From Amoebidium appalachense (Eukaryota > Protista > Ichthyosporea), in the NCBI GenBank assembly GCA_963693365.1, contig CAVNZM010000002.1, positions 1 through 64,000 on the forward strand: a stretch of DNA of 64,000 bases. The letters are read 5' to 3'. A program made the position numbers and the translations under genes. The notes under the pieces are model-generated. The model was not told the origin of the DNA, did not search any database, and worked only from the letters and a program-made list of their open reading frames with translations. Position 1 is the stretch's first letter. Every line of letters begins with the position of its first letter. Below, piece after piece: positions 1 to 11,862 of this stretch.

Positions 1-243
1 TGGAATGGGCAGAGGCTCACGTTCACAAACCAGTCCCATACAAAACCGAGTTGCGCACTTGCACAGGCAGCGTAGCTGCGCAGACAAACAACAAACTATG
101 CTCTCAGGCTGGCGTACACAGGGAGTCAGAGTGAAGAAATGCTAGCGATGTTTCCTGCCAAATGGACCCGGCACGCCGGGTGCCCCAGGGGGAAGGGGGG
201 GGGCCGGGGAGGGGGGGGAGGGGGAGGGGCACACACATGAAGG

Positions 244-294
<51 letters not shown>

Positions 295-1147
295 CACACC
301 ACCCAACTGCAAACCCGCCCCTTCCTCCCCTCCGAATCACCTCCTCCCTTGAATCACGTCTGTATATATAGTCATCTCACATTCCCACCCCTGCTTTTCT
401 TCTTTAAACCTCCCCCCCGTCTCCCTCCCCCCCGGGATCCGATCTCTCCCCATCACTCTGCCTTGCTCTCTCATTCCTAGCCACCTAACTGCTACCCCCC
501 TCCCCTCCCTCCCCCCGTGCCTGACCTTGCCCTCCGAATCCTTTCTCCTGCTCTCTTTGTGCTTAAACTGCATCATCCTCTCTCAGACGTCAATCTAGAA
601 GCTATTACATTTGTCTCCCGGAACCCCTCCTCCCTCCCCCTCCCTTCCCTTCCCCCCTCCTCCCCCCCCCCCTCCCCCCCCCCCCTCCCCCCCCCCCCCC
701 CCCTTGGCACCCAGCAGCACGGGGCCTCAAACACACACAAGTACACTCTGTCACCCACCACACACACACACACTTGCACAGGGGCCTAGGGCCAATGAGT
801 GTTTCCATGTTTGCTAGTTCCGTGCTGTGGAAGAGCTATTCTGCGCATATGAAAAACTGATGTGCCTGCACACTGCATGCATTTCCGTAGATATAAACAC
901 GTTCTTTTCACGCTTATAGTTTATTGTACAAACAACAAAAGTGAGTACTTGCTGATGTCTGAACCAAAGGATTTTTTTTATTGTCAAAATTTTCTCAAGC
1001 ATGCTTCGACAAAATCAGTCGGTCACACAAACGTATTGCCTCTCATTCTGCAGACAAAATTTCAATCCCACATGTCCGTGCAGAAGTTGCATCCATCAAC
1101 TATCACATGGGCCATGTCCGGATAAACACTGACCTAGTGCCGTTTCT

Positions 1148-1975
1148 CTACCTGCACTCGAAATAATTCTCCTGCAGGGCCTCATGTAGCCGGGCAAAGA
1201 CACCATCATGCCACGTCCTGAACTCCTGCCACTCCTCCTTAGGCATAGTGACCGAGAGCATGTTTAGCCACCCACCCACAATCAGGTCGGCATAGGTGGC
1301 CCGTTCGCCCTCGAGGTACGGTCCGCTTTTGTGGACCATGAAGAGCTGGGCAAGTGACGTCAGTGCCTCCTTAAAAGCCGCCTTGAGCGGTTCTCTTGCC
1401 TCGCCCCGGATGGAAAGGTCATCCCACAAGCGCAGGTGTGCGCGCTTGGCAAAAAGTGCCTTTACCGTTTCGGCAGTGTCCGGGTTGAAGGGGAGGAACT
1501 CGCCAACGAGAATCATGTTAGCGGAGAAGGTGGCATCTACGTGCGTGTTGAACCTCGCATAGGCCTCATTCTTTTTGCCCTCGTTGGTCGTCAGAGGGGC
1601 GTAGAAGGGCGTGTCCTTGTTGGGGCTTTCGTAGTCCAGCCCTGTGTGGGTAGAGTCTGCAGGGAAAAGGCAGCCACCCGATTCTGGGAACATATCGTCG
1701 AGGTAGTTGGCAATGTCAAAGGAATCACCAACGACCGTGCCCGAGGCGGGGTCCTGCAGCATGGGCAGTGTGTAGAAGTCAGACCCATCGTCCAGCTTGC
1801 GGACGGCTGGGCAGTTTAACCCTTTGCGAACACTAGGGATTTCGAGGATATCGACAAAGGTGGTCTTGAAGGGCACACGTTTAAAGCTCAGTGCGAGACG
1901 GGCCTTGGAAGGGTTGGGCGCGTAGGAGCGCGGTTTTAAGGGTGAAGAGATGTCGTAAAGGATAAGTTCTGCCAT
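1148..1975 (-). CDS. Glutathione S-transferase, fungal GSTFuA/GTE (Fhb7-like) class, intronless, 275 aa
   Basis: Clean single ORF. N-terminal thioredoxin-fold motifs (LYDI..., PNPSKARLALSFKRVP, TLPMLQD, VVGDSFDIANYLD) and C-terminal GPYLEGERATYADLIVGGWL / WHDGVFARLHEAL. These match, from recall, the ascomycete family that includes Epichloe/wheatgrass Fhb7. Confidence 0.9.
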   Translation of the reverse strand: MAELILYDISSPLKPRSYAPNPSKARLALSFKRVPFKTTFVDILEIPSVRKGLNCPAVRKLDDGSDFYTLPMLQDPASGTVVGDSFDIANYLDDMFPESGGCLFPADSTHTGLDYESPNKDTPFYAPLTTNEGKKNEAYARFNTHVDATFSANMILVGEFLPFNPDTAETVKALFAKRAHLRLWDDLSIRGEAREPLKAAFKEALTSLAQLFMVHKSGPYLEGERATYADLIVGGWLNMLSVTMPKEEWQEFRTWHDGVFARLHEALQENYFECR

Positions 1976-2346
1976 TTTCGAAGACGTGTGCTAGTGAACT
2001 GGGTAAACCGTGCAAGCCCAAGCGTGTATACGTTACGTAAGGCTTACAAGCCAAGCCTTGTACATGTCATGACTGGCACCTGGCCAGCCAGCCTGGGTAG
2101 GTGTCCTCGGCCAAAATATGTGGTCACCACGGTTCAAAATATGTGGTCACCACGGTTCCGATTAGTGATTGGCTACGAGTGACGACATCATGACATCATG
2201 CTTTAAACGAGGACTCAAGGCCGAGCGGAGGACAAGCTCCGGCAGTGTCCACGCAATAAAAAGTGTGTAAACCCCGGAGGACAACACCTGAGCCACAAGC
2301 TTGTGCATTTTTATTTCTTGCTAACGGCACACAACAGCCTGTCAAG
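1976..2346. promoter_or_regulatory. Short bidirectional promoter between the GST and the oxidoreductase
   Basis: 371 bp between divergent ATGs. Contains palindromic TTACGTAA (2033-2040), a 23-bp tandem duplication caaaatatgtggtcaccacggtt x2 (about 2112-2157), ATTGG and TGACATCA motifs. Confidence 0.55.
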
Positions 2347-3748
2347 ATGACCTCTTCCTTCACCCTTCCAGCCACCATGCGTGCTGCTACTCAGCTGGCG
2401 TACGGCATCACCAAAGAATCAATCGTAGTGCAAGAGGTGCCCACACCTGTTCTCGACCCAGCCAGCGACCATGTTCTCATTCGAGTGCACCTGGCCTCCA
2501 TTAATGCCGGTGACATCCGCGTGGCACGTGGTGACATAAAACTAGTCATGGGCCGCACATTTCCACACGTGTTGGGCATGGATGTTGCTGGAACGATCGT
2601 AGCTGTGGGTGCCAAGTGCCAGAAACTCAAGGTGGGAGATGAAGTTTTCGGAGACATGGGAGAGCGCGGGACCATGGCGGAGTACGTGTGTGCGCCCGAG
2701 ACACAACTGGTAGTCAAGCCCAAGAATGTGTCGTTTGAAGAGGCCGCAGCTGTGCCTGTGGCCGCGGTGACAGCCTACCAGGTGAGGACGGACCGTTATC
2801 TTCTTTCTCTCCCCATCTGCGTGCTTGCGTGCGTCCTTGTGTGTGCGCCGCGTGCACGTGCTTGCTTGCGTTATTATGAACGTACTTTGCGTGCGTGCGT
2901 GCGTGCGTGTGCGCGTGCAGGCGGGCAAGTGTGGGTGAGCAGGCTTAGTGAGAGCGGTTTTCTATGCAACTACCCCTTTATGCACTACTGGAACCATTAT
3001 GTAAGGTGGCATGCTCAGGAAGAGGGATGCAGAGCGAGAGGCCTCTAACCATGTTGGCATACTTGCTGTTGTACAACCAGGATGAACATTTGTGAATGCA
3101 AATTGATTGTAAACCGCTGCTGACGTACACCCGTGCAAACAACAGGCACTCAAGAAGCACGTCAACTTGGCCAGCGGGCAAAGGATTCTCATTCTCGGCG
3201 GGTCTGGCGGGGTGGGGAGTTTTGCAGTGCAGATTGCTAAGAGCATGGGCGCATACGTGTGCGCAACATCGAGCAATGTCTCACTGTTGAAAGACATTGG
3301 GGCCGACCGTGCGATTAATTACACGGAGGAGAAGTGGTGGGAGGTGCTGAAGGGGGAAAACTATGACGCATTAGTGGATTGCGTGGGTGAAGGATGGGCC
3401 CATGCACCGGACGTTTTAAAGAAAGGCGGTCGGTTTTGTCCGGTCAGTGCTGGGGACCAATACGATGGAGTTTTAACAATCGGTACACTTGTGCACATGA
3501 TTAGTTTTATGGCCATCCGCTCTGTTACTAGTGCGCTTGGACTCTCGCCATCCTACGCCCCATACCTTACGGATCCATCGGACATAACCTCACTTCAGGC
3601 ATTAGCAGGTTTACTTGGGGAGAAGAAGATCAAGGCGGTGTATGACCCTGTTGGGTTCTATGAACTGACGACGGAAAGTGTCCTGGCCATGTTCGAGTAC
3701 ATGAATAGTGGCCGTGTGAAGGGCAAGTTGGTGCTGAAGGTAATGTGA
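2347..3748 (+). CDS. MDR-superfamily NADPH quinone/alkenal oxidoreductase (zeta-crystallin/RTN4IP1/AOR-like), about 345 aa, 2 exons (2347-2781, 3146-3748)
   Basis: Motifs VLIRVHLASINAGD, PHVLGMDVAG, LKVGDEVFG, EEAAAVPVAAVTAYQ|ALKK, Rossmann LILGGSGGVGSFAVQIAK and C-terminal GRVKGKLVL. A phase-0 GT-AG intron (2782-3145) joins the two track ORFs. Confidence 0.9.
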
Positions 3749-4044
3749 GCAACTTGGTTGACTGATGAGCGCTGCCACGGTGTAGTGGATTTGTGTGTAA
3801 GACTGAAGTGTGTTTCAGTGTATTGTAGTGTGTTCTGTTTGTCTCAGGCAGCCACACATACATGGGCGTAAACACGTGTAACTAAGATTGGATACGGGTG
3901 CACATAGCAATAGAGAATCATTTATAAAACAAACAAAAAAGTAGGAATATGTACATACACCTGCGGATTTGCGGATGTGCCTGTGCTCTTGTTGGAATGT
4001 CTGTCTATATGTTATCTTGAGTAGTCAGTCACCTATCCCCCCCT

Positions 4045-4106
<62 letters not shown>

Positions 4107-4712
4107 GACACACACACACACACACGTGTGCGCGCGCGCACACACACACACACACACGTGGCCCCTCTCCTCCACTCTCAAGCACGTAAGACCATCTACG
4201 TCACACATAAGAGTACTCCTATTTTGATCCTATATAGCACGAATGTTTGTGCTGTATATAGAACAAGGGATTTATTTGGAGTTGTGATTTCAGTTTGACG
4301 TTAAGCTTAAATAAAAAGTTAAATAAAAATGGGTACTTTAAAATAATACATGATAAGAACCCCCGCCCCCCCCCCCAAAGCTAAAAAGAAAAAAGAAAAA
4401 AAGCACCAGTGCTACTTTTGATCTACATGCCCTTTTAGCTTCGTTTGTGTGTGCCCTAATAGGGTCTTTTTGCATGCAGTACCACTCTCCTCGAGGCAAC
4501 ACTGAGCACGTCATACAGTACGCCACAGGCGCAAACTTCTGCTCGCTGGGATTCATTAGAAACAACCATAGGAACCATGCATTTGGCTGCTCGGCATGGG
4601 GTGTCTTGAATCCCCGCATCTAATTTCCACTCTTGGCCGCGGTTGTTAGGGCCACCTGCAGTGGATTTTATAAGTGAACGAATGGGAGTGGCGAATGTGT
4701 GTGTGTGTGTCT

Positions 4713-4743
<31 letters not shown>

Positions 4744-5067
4744 GGGTTCACAGTCACACGTGTCATAAAAATTATAGGCTTCAAGCTCTTTTTTTTTGGC
4801 ATCCCGTCGTGGCAACAGTATCAATATCAGTGCCCTATTGTGGTGTGGAAGTGTGCGCCCGCACACATGAACGTACGGGCTCACGGGCCCACGTGTGTGT
4901 TTGTGGGTGTGTGTCTGTGAATGTTTTAAGGGGTGCGGGAACCCTTGATCATGCATAATCCATTCACAACTTCACATCAAGGCTTACATCACCCGTCATT
5001 CGACCACTGAAAGCGTTCAGAACACTAGCATGTGCAAGCATCATGCACACCTTGGCTCTGCAGGTAC

Positions 5068-5508
5068 CTAATCCAGAGGAAGGAGGTAGGCCATGGGGCA
5101 CTTTCCAGACTGGCCCCCACACTCAGCAACCACCCAGTTGCCGTCGAGATGCATCTGGTGGATTCGATATCAGTGCCTGGCCATGCGACAGATTATGGTC
5201 TCAACAGACCCTGAATCCGATGGGTAGTGGTTGCACGTCTCCGGCAGGGCGACATACCAGCTCAAGTTCAAGTCAGATGCACCACAAATATTGGGCGCTA
5301 AGTCTCGGCGTCAATTTTCATTAGGGGACTCGGAGGGACTCTACACCTCGAATCGAGTCAGGCCTGCATCTATCCGAACTTATTCAATTGACAGCCATGT
5401 GCAACCTTTCTGTCTGTGTGATGAACCACAAAGCCCCCAAGAAGATGTGGCTATGTACATTACCGTGGGGCTCGGCACTCCGCTACCAGGGAGACGGGGG
5501 GGGGGGGG

Positions 5509-5547
<39 letters not shown>

Positions 5548-5603
5548 GCTTCGGTTGGTTCTGTCTCTCCGTTTGGGGGTTAACATGTCTTGGGGGAAGA
5601 ATG

Positions 5604-5645
<42 letters not shown>

Positions 5646-6040
5646 GGCTAACCTGAATAGTGACCTCAGCACCCGCCTGAAGTGTCAGCTCGGTGGCAGC
5701 CATTGGTTCGTAGTCGTAGAGGGCACGGGCACGGTGGGGAAGGGGTTTCTTGGCTGGGTTGGGAGCATATATATGTCCATAAGCAATCAGGCAATTCATA
5801 TTGTTTCAGCCCATAACCCCAAGAACCAAGCCATTAATCATGCACCCACTGTGTGGTGTGTGCAGGCGGCCATGGCCACCAGGCCATGCAGACGTCAAAC
5901 ACCGCCCCACAACAACCCGCAACTCCAGTACCACGTGCCCAGGACACATCCAGTCCACCTGTACTACCCCCCCTCCCCAAACACACACACACACACATAC
6001 ATACACCCCCCACTCCCCCCTCCTCCCCCTCCCCTGCCCT

Positions 6041-6101
<61 letters not shown>

Positions 6102-6138
6102 CTCCTCCTCCCCCTCCCCTTCCCTCCCCCTCCCCCCC

Positions 6139-6169
<31 letters not shown>

Positions 6170-9100
6170 AACACACACACACACACAACTTCATGGCAAG
6201 GCACAGCCAGCTGTACCACCACCATCATTACGCACAGAACCACACAGCCCGTCTCCAACCCCAGCTGGCAGTATTCAGTCACCGCATTAGCCATCAGGCC
6301 CGCCTACCAAAGGTGTCCACGGCCAGCCCATCATCAACATCCAGACTTGTGGCCCGGTACATGGGGGGTGTCACCGTGCGGAATGTTTTGGCAGCAGCAC
6401 CAGGGGACTCACTGCAAACAGCACAGGTTAGCGACTAGCACCATACGGTGCACCATCAGGTGAATATACTGTCCCGCATGATGTACAGTCTATACGGCTG
6501 GGGGAGATGGTAACTTCTTTGTGCGGGCTCTAGGATCATCGTGCTTTGTGCGGGCTCTAGGATCATCGTGTTAGCAACATATGCCCCAATTGCCACACTG
6601 CTGCGCAAAGGGAGACCATAACAATATCAATTCTATTGGTTGGCCAGCTGCAAACCTTTTGCTTGTGTTTGACCAGCATAGACAGCCCCACACACCTGTT
6701 CGCACTGTCCAAGTCCGGCAGCTCTGCCATTGCCCGGTGGAGGATGGCCACAGCCCTGCGATGATACTCCAGCTGCAGCTGCAGTAGCACCCTGACGGCA
6801 TGCGCCTGCCTGACCTGCAGGCCATGCAGCAGCGTGAGGGGGCATTGGTCATCCTTGGTTTCTGGGTTTTTGGCTTTTCGTTTCTTATGCCACGTGTGAA
6901 GGGGGGGAAGGGGGGGGGGGGGGGGGGGAGGGGAGAGAGGGGGCGGGAAGGGGGAGGGGGGAGGGAGAAGGGATGGAGTGGTGGAGGGAAGGAGGATGTG
7001 AGGAGGGGTGGAGTGTGGGAGGGGAAAAGGGGCGGGGAAGGGAGGGAGGGGAAGGGGGGGGGAGAGGGGAGAGAGAGAGGGAGGGAGAAGGGGGGGCAGG
7101 GGGGGGGGAGGGCGGGGGAGGGCGGGGGGGGGGGGGGGGGGGGGGGGGGAGAAGGGAGGGATGAGGGTGGGAAGGAGGATGTAAGGGTGGAGAGGAGGGT
7201 GGAGTGTGGGAGGGGAAAAGGGGGGGGGGGAGGGTGGGGAGAGAGGGGGGGGGGGGAAGGGGGGGGGGAAGGGGGGGGGAAGGGAGGGAGCGGGGAAGGG
7301 GAGGGGGGGGGGAGGGGGGGGGCTGAGGGGAGGGGGTGGGTGGGGGAAGGGGGGGGGGGGGGGGGGGGGGGGAGGTAGTGAGGGAGGGAATGGGGATGTG
7401 AGGGTGGAGGGGAGGGCGGAGTGTGGGAGGGAAAAAGGGGGGGGGGGAGGGAGGGAGGGGGGGGGGGGGGGGGGGGGGGGGAAGGGGGGGGGGGAGGGAT
7501 AGAGGGAGGGGGGAAGAGGAGGAGGGGGGAGGGGGGAGGGAGGGAGGGAGGGAAAGGGGGGGGCGGGGAGGGGGGGGGGGAGGAGGGGGGGAGGGAGGGA
7601 GGAAGGGAGGGTGGGAGGGTGGGAGGGGGGAGGGGAGGGGGGAGGACAGGGGGGGGGGAAGGGGGGCCAGAATGTGGAAGAGGGAGAGAGTGATGAGAGA
7701 GAGAGATAATGAGAGTGGCGGAGGAAAGGAGGGATGAAGGGGAGGGGGAGGGGAGGGAGGGAGGGAGCGAGGGAGGGATGGGGAGGGGGAGTATTAGGGA
7801 AGGGAAAGAGGAAGAGAGTGAGGGAAGAGGGGACTGGGGTTGGGGGAGGAGGTGGGCCGGGGGAGGGGGGGAGAGGGAGGGGGGGAGATGGAATGGGAGG
7901 GGACGGGTAGGAGGGAGGGAGAGAGGGGGGCAAAGAGAGAAGAGAGACTTGTGCACTTATGCATGCACAGGCGCAGTCAGGACTACCCAAGTCCACCTGC
8001 CCCTCCCCTCTTGCTCCCCTCGTGCGGCACCAAAAGCCCCTTGGCAAATCCGTACACAAGCCTACCGCACGCACGCCACCAAACTTTACCTCCCTAGTTG
8101 TTCTCTCCTTCGAGTATAATGCCACTCCCCACACCTGCTCCCCCCCCCTCCCCCCCCCCCCCCCCCCCCCCCCCCCTCCCCCCTGCTCCCCCACGGTTAT
8201 GCTTAGGAAGGTAGAAACTGTGTGTGTTAGGCATGCAGTGGCTGTGTGCTATGAGTGCCAGTGGTTGCTAAACAGATGTGTTCGGGTAGTTGTGGGCATG
8301 CAAATCATATGGGCTGGCAGGCATCGAGCAAGTATACATATGTAGTTGTTACTATGTGGAATCTTTAACGACCAATGTCTTATACAGAGCAAGGCGGTCC
8401 TGGTCAGTGCGTTGAATGCGTATGTGTGCGCTCTGGAGAGGTGGGTGGGCCGGGAGAGGGGGGGAGGGGGGTAGGGGGTACCGGAGTATCTGAGAGGGCA
8501 TCGAGGGAGCAGTCCACAGCCTCGCACTGGCGGTCAAAGTCGAACTGCACCTGGCGCAGACTGGCATCGGCCTGCACCAGACACTGAGCCAGAACACGCT
8601 AAATGGTTTCTAGAAGCACATCCCTAGACACTCGCTTTCTTCCTTCCTCTTTTACTTTCCCATCCTGGCAATGGAATCTCTCGCATTTGAAAACACTCTT
8701 TGACATGAGCGCCAACAAGACATCCAAGCCCAAGCGACCTTGATGTGTTTGTGCACGTTTGCATCAAACACCCACAAAAACATCAACACATGTCTGCGCG
8801 AATAGTGTTCCGAATGTAACTCAGTACAGTGCAGGGTGGGAAACGTGGGCAGGGGGGGGGGGGGGGGGGCTGATTACTGCTGCCCGAGTGTCTGCCGTGC
8901 TTGCTCTGCGGGTGGCAGCCTTTGCTGCGTCCAAGTCCAGCCGCAGCATGCTGAGCCGCCGCTCTTGCTCCTGCACACAGAAAATGGCCCGGCCATCAGC
9001 CACAACCCACACTCGTGTTTGTGCTGCCGGTATGTTGCTACACCTGTTCTCACCCCTATCTTGGCATGGGGTAGTAAGAGGTGTATGTCCGTACTCGTGA

Positions 9101-9976
9101 TCGACATGTGCAGCCTTAGTTGAAAGACATGGGTCCTGGAGCGCTTCCTACAGGCTTGCATCCTTACAACACCACGGTGCATTTATGCAGCTGGCCGATC
9201 AAGGGGGCCGCCACCCACCCTAGTTTGCTACAAAGAGTGCATGTTCACCATGCACATGGCCAGGGGCAAACCATGCTTTCTTGGTACAGTGTAGGCCACG
9301 GATACGTGCTGACTTCATGCCAGTCAAAAGACACACTTGCATGCACAAGAACAGGTCTCTGTGTGCAGGTGGGCCTTACCGTCAAGACCTTGATGTCGGT
9401 ATCCAGTTGGGTGCGCAGGGGCCTCAGGGCCTCGGCCAGGGTGTTTGCACAGAAGTCCACATACTCGCTGCCTACATCCTCCTCGGCATCGGCAGACACC
9501 TGCAGGGTCCGTCCTGCACGTGCATGCGCATGCCATGGGTGTGTATCCGTCAACATAGGTGAATCGTTAACCCTTTAGTACATGCTATAAAGAAAACAGG
9601 GAAGTGCACATGTGCATAGTGTCGGCATAGGTATGTGTGTACAAGTGTAGCTGTGGGGGGGGTGTCGCTGTGTGTCAGTAGGTGTGTAGGGGTTTGGTTG
9701 TAGACGTGTAGTTGTGTGGGTGTGGGCTTCTCCTGTGGGCATGTGTGTTTCACTGGCACATGCCTGTATCTGTATGTGTGCCTGCGTGTCTAACTTTCAT
9801 GCGGTCGTGCCCCAGATAGTACTACATACAAGTCTGTTGCACGAACTATGTGTGTCTGTCGCAATTATGTGCAAGTGTGTGTGAAGGTGTGTGCATATGT
9901 GTGCATGTTAATGAGCCCTCTATGACAGTGTGCCGGTGCACATGCAAGAATTTGTTATTTTCCACGATATTGTGTT

Positions 9977-10025
<49 letters not shown>

Positions 10026-11590
10026 GTGTACGCGTGTTTGTGTGTGCACATGTGTGTGTGTGTGATTATGTGCGTGTGTGTGTGCTTGTGTGTGTGCGTG
10101 TGATTGTGTGTGTGTGTGTGTGTGCTGTGTGTGTGTGTGTGTGTGTGCACGTGTGGGTGTGTGCATGTGTGCGTGGGTGTAAGTGTGGGGTGCGGACGTG
10201 TGAGTGTACGTGCCCGTGTGTGGGTACGTGCCCGTGCATGTGTGTGCGCGTAGGTGGGTGGGTGGATGGGTGGATGGGTCTCTGTGTGTGTGGATCAATG
10301 TGTGTATGTGTGTGTGTGCGTGTGTTTTTGGGCAGGTGTGTTGAATGACTGTATGAGTGAGTGAGTTTTTGCTCCAATGCCAAGGGATGGGTGTGGTAAG
10401 TCTACTCGGTATGGCAGCATGCCTAAGGTTTGCCTGTGATGGCCTGTGTGTCTGTGTATCTGCCTGCCGATATGCCCTATGCAAGTCTATCGATCTATTG
10501 GCTTCATTGCCTGCTATGGCTGAACGCAAAGGTGCATATCGGACCCCTCCCCCGAGACTTTTTCCAGCAGCAAGCATCTTCCAATGTCCCATACAGCCAG
10601 ACATGCCTGTCTCGAGCTACCCACCATACGCTGTGGCAGAGCACACATCTTATCAGCACAACTTAAGCACGTGCCCAACACAGCCATACCTAAGGGTGTG
10701 TCGGTGCCATGTGCCTCAGCTGCAGACCGAAAGGTAGCGGCCAGTCGGTGGCAGTCCGATGTGTCGGCCGGCTTCTTGCCCAGGGCAGCCACCGGCACAA
10801 GTTTCTCCAGGTTGAACCCTGCATAGGCAGGTGTCTGTGTGTCAGCGCACAAAGGCCAATCCGTGTGCCCTGCATCACCATTGCCCTAGGTCGAAAGTGT
10901 GTGTGCCGGTATGCTATATTGAGGGCAGTCTTCTGGTGTTGTGATAAATATCCGCCCACACGAAAAACATACCGATAGCCACTCACTCACACAAGTGCAA
11001 CTGGGCACCAAGATATGTGTGTGTGCTTGTGAGTGTGTGTACACGTGCATGCAATGGCGTGCGCGTGCGTGTGTGTGTGTGTGCGCGCGCATGTGTGCGT
11101 GTGTGCGTGCACGTGTGCTAAAACGGGGTGGGAAGGGCCTTGACATACCCTTTTCGGGCGTCAAGAAGGACTCCAGCTCCCGGGCAATCTTCTCTGTCTG
11201 CTGCCGCAGTGTGCCTGCAGCCTGACCCACCCAGTGACGTCAGCGGATCCATTGCAACATGCACAACACTGCTACTGCAAGCGCTCGCATGAAAACGGCG
11301 CATGTGCCCGTGGGTCTGCCGTGCATAAGTAATTTGGTTGAAAGGCATGTTCATTTTGGGCACAGCCAAACTGTAGACCGAGGAGCAATTATCACCTTGC
11401 ATTCACACACTAAACAGACAAACCCACACACATGCACACACACACACTTTCACAGCATGCACGGACACACAGATACACACACCACCGACACGGCTCACCT
11501 GTCATAAATACAATACAGACACATACAGGCACATGTGCCCTGACACACAAGGCGGAAAGACAGGAGAGCAAAAAACGGAAAGGGGCGGGG

Positions 11591-11633
<43 letters not shown>

Positions 11634-11770
11634 AGAAGAGACTAGCAGAGAACCTCCAGTCTCTTTTTTCTCCCTCCCCATTTCCCTCCCTCCCCTTACC
11701 CCCCCCCTCCCCCCCCGCCTCCCAACACACACGAACACATGCGCACGCGCACACACGTGCGCGCGCACAC

Positions 11771-11808
<38 letters not shown>

Positions 11809-11830
11809 GCACACGCACATGCACACGCAC

Positions 11831-11862
<32 letters not shown>

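Noticed and set aside
1-800. Possible small minus-strand exons of a gene leaving the window (e.g. about 76-21, ending at a gtgagc donor)
   Set aside because: Too little sequence to establish a frame or product.
6563-8194. 543-aa and 461-aa poly-proline ORFs (formin/extensin-like)
   Set aside because: Translations of an intronic G/C low-complexity tract. Only 6814-6696 is a real endophilin exon.
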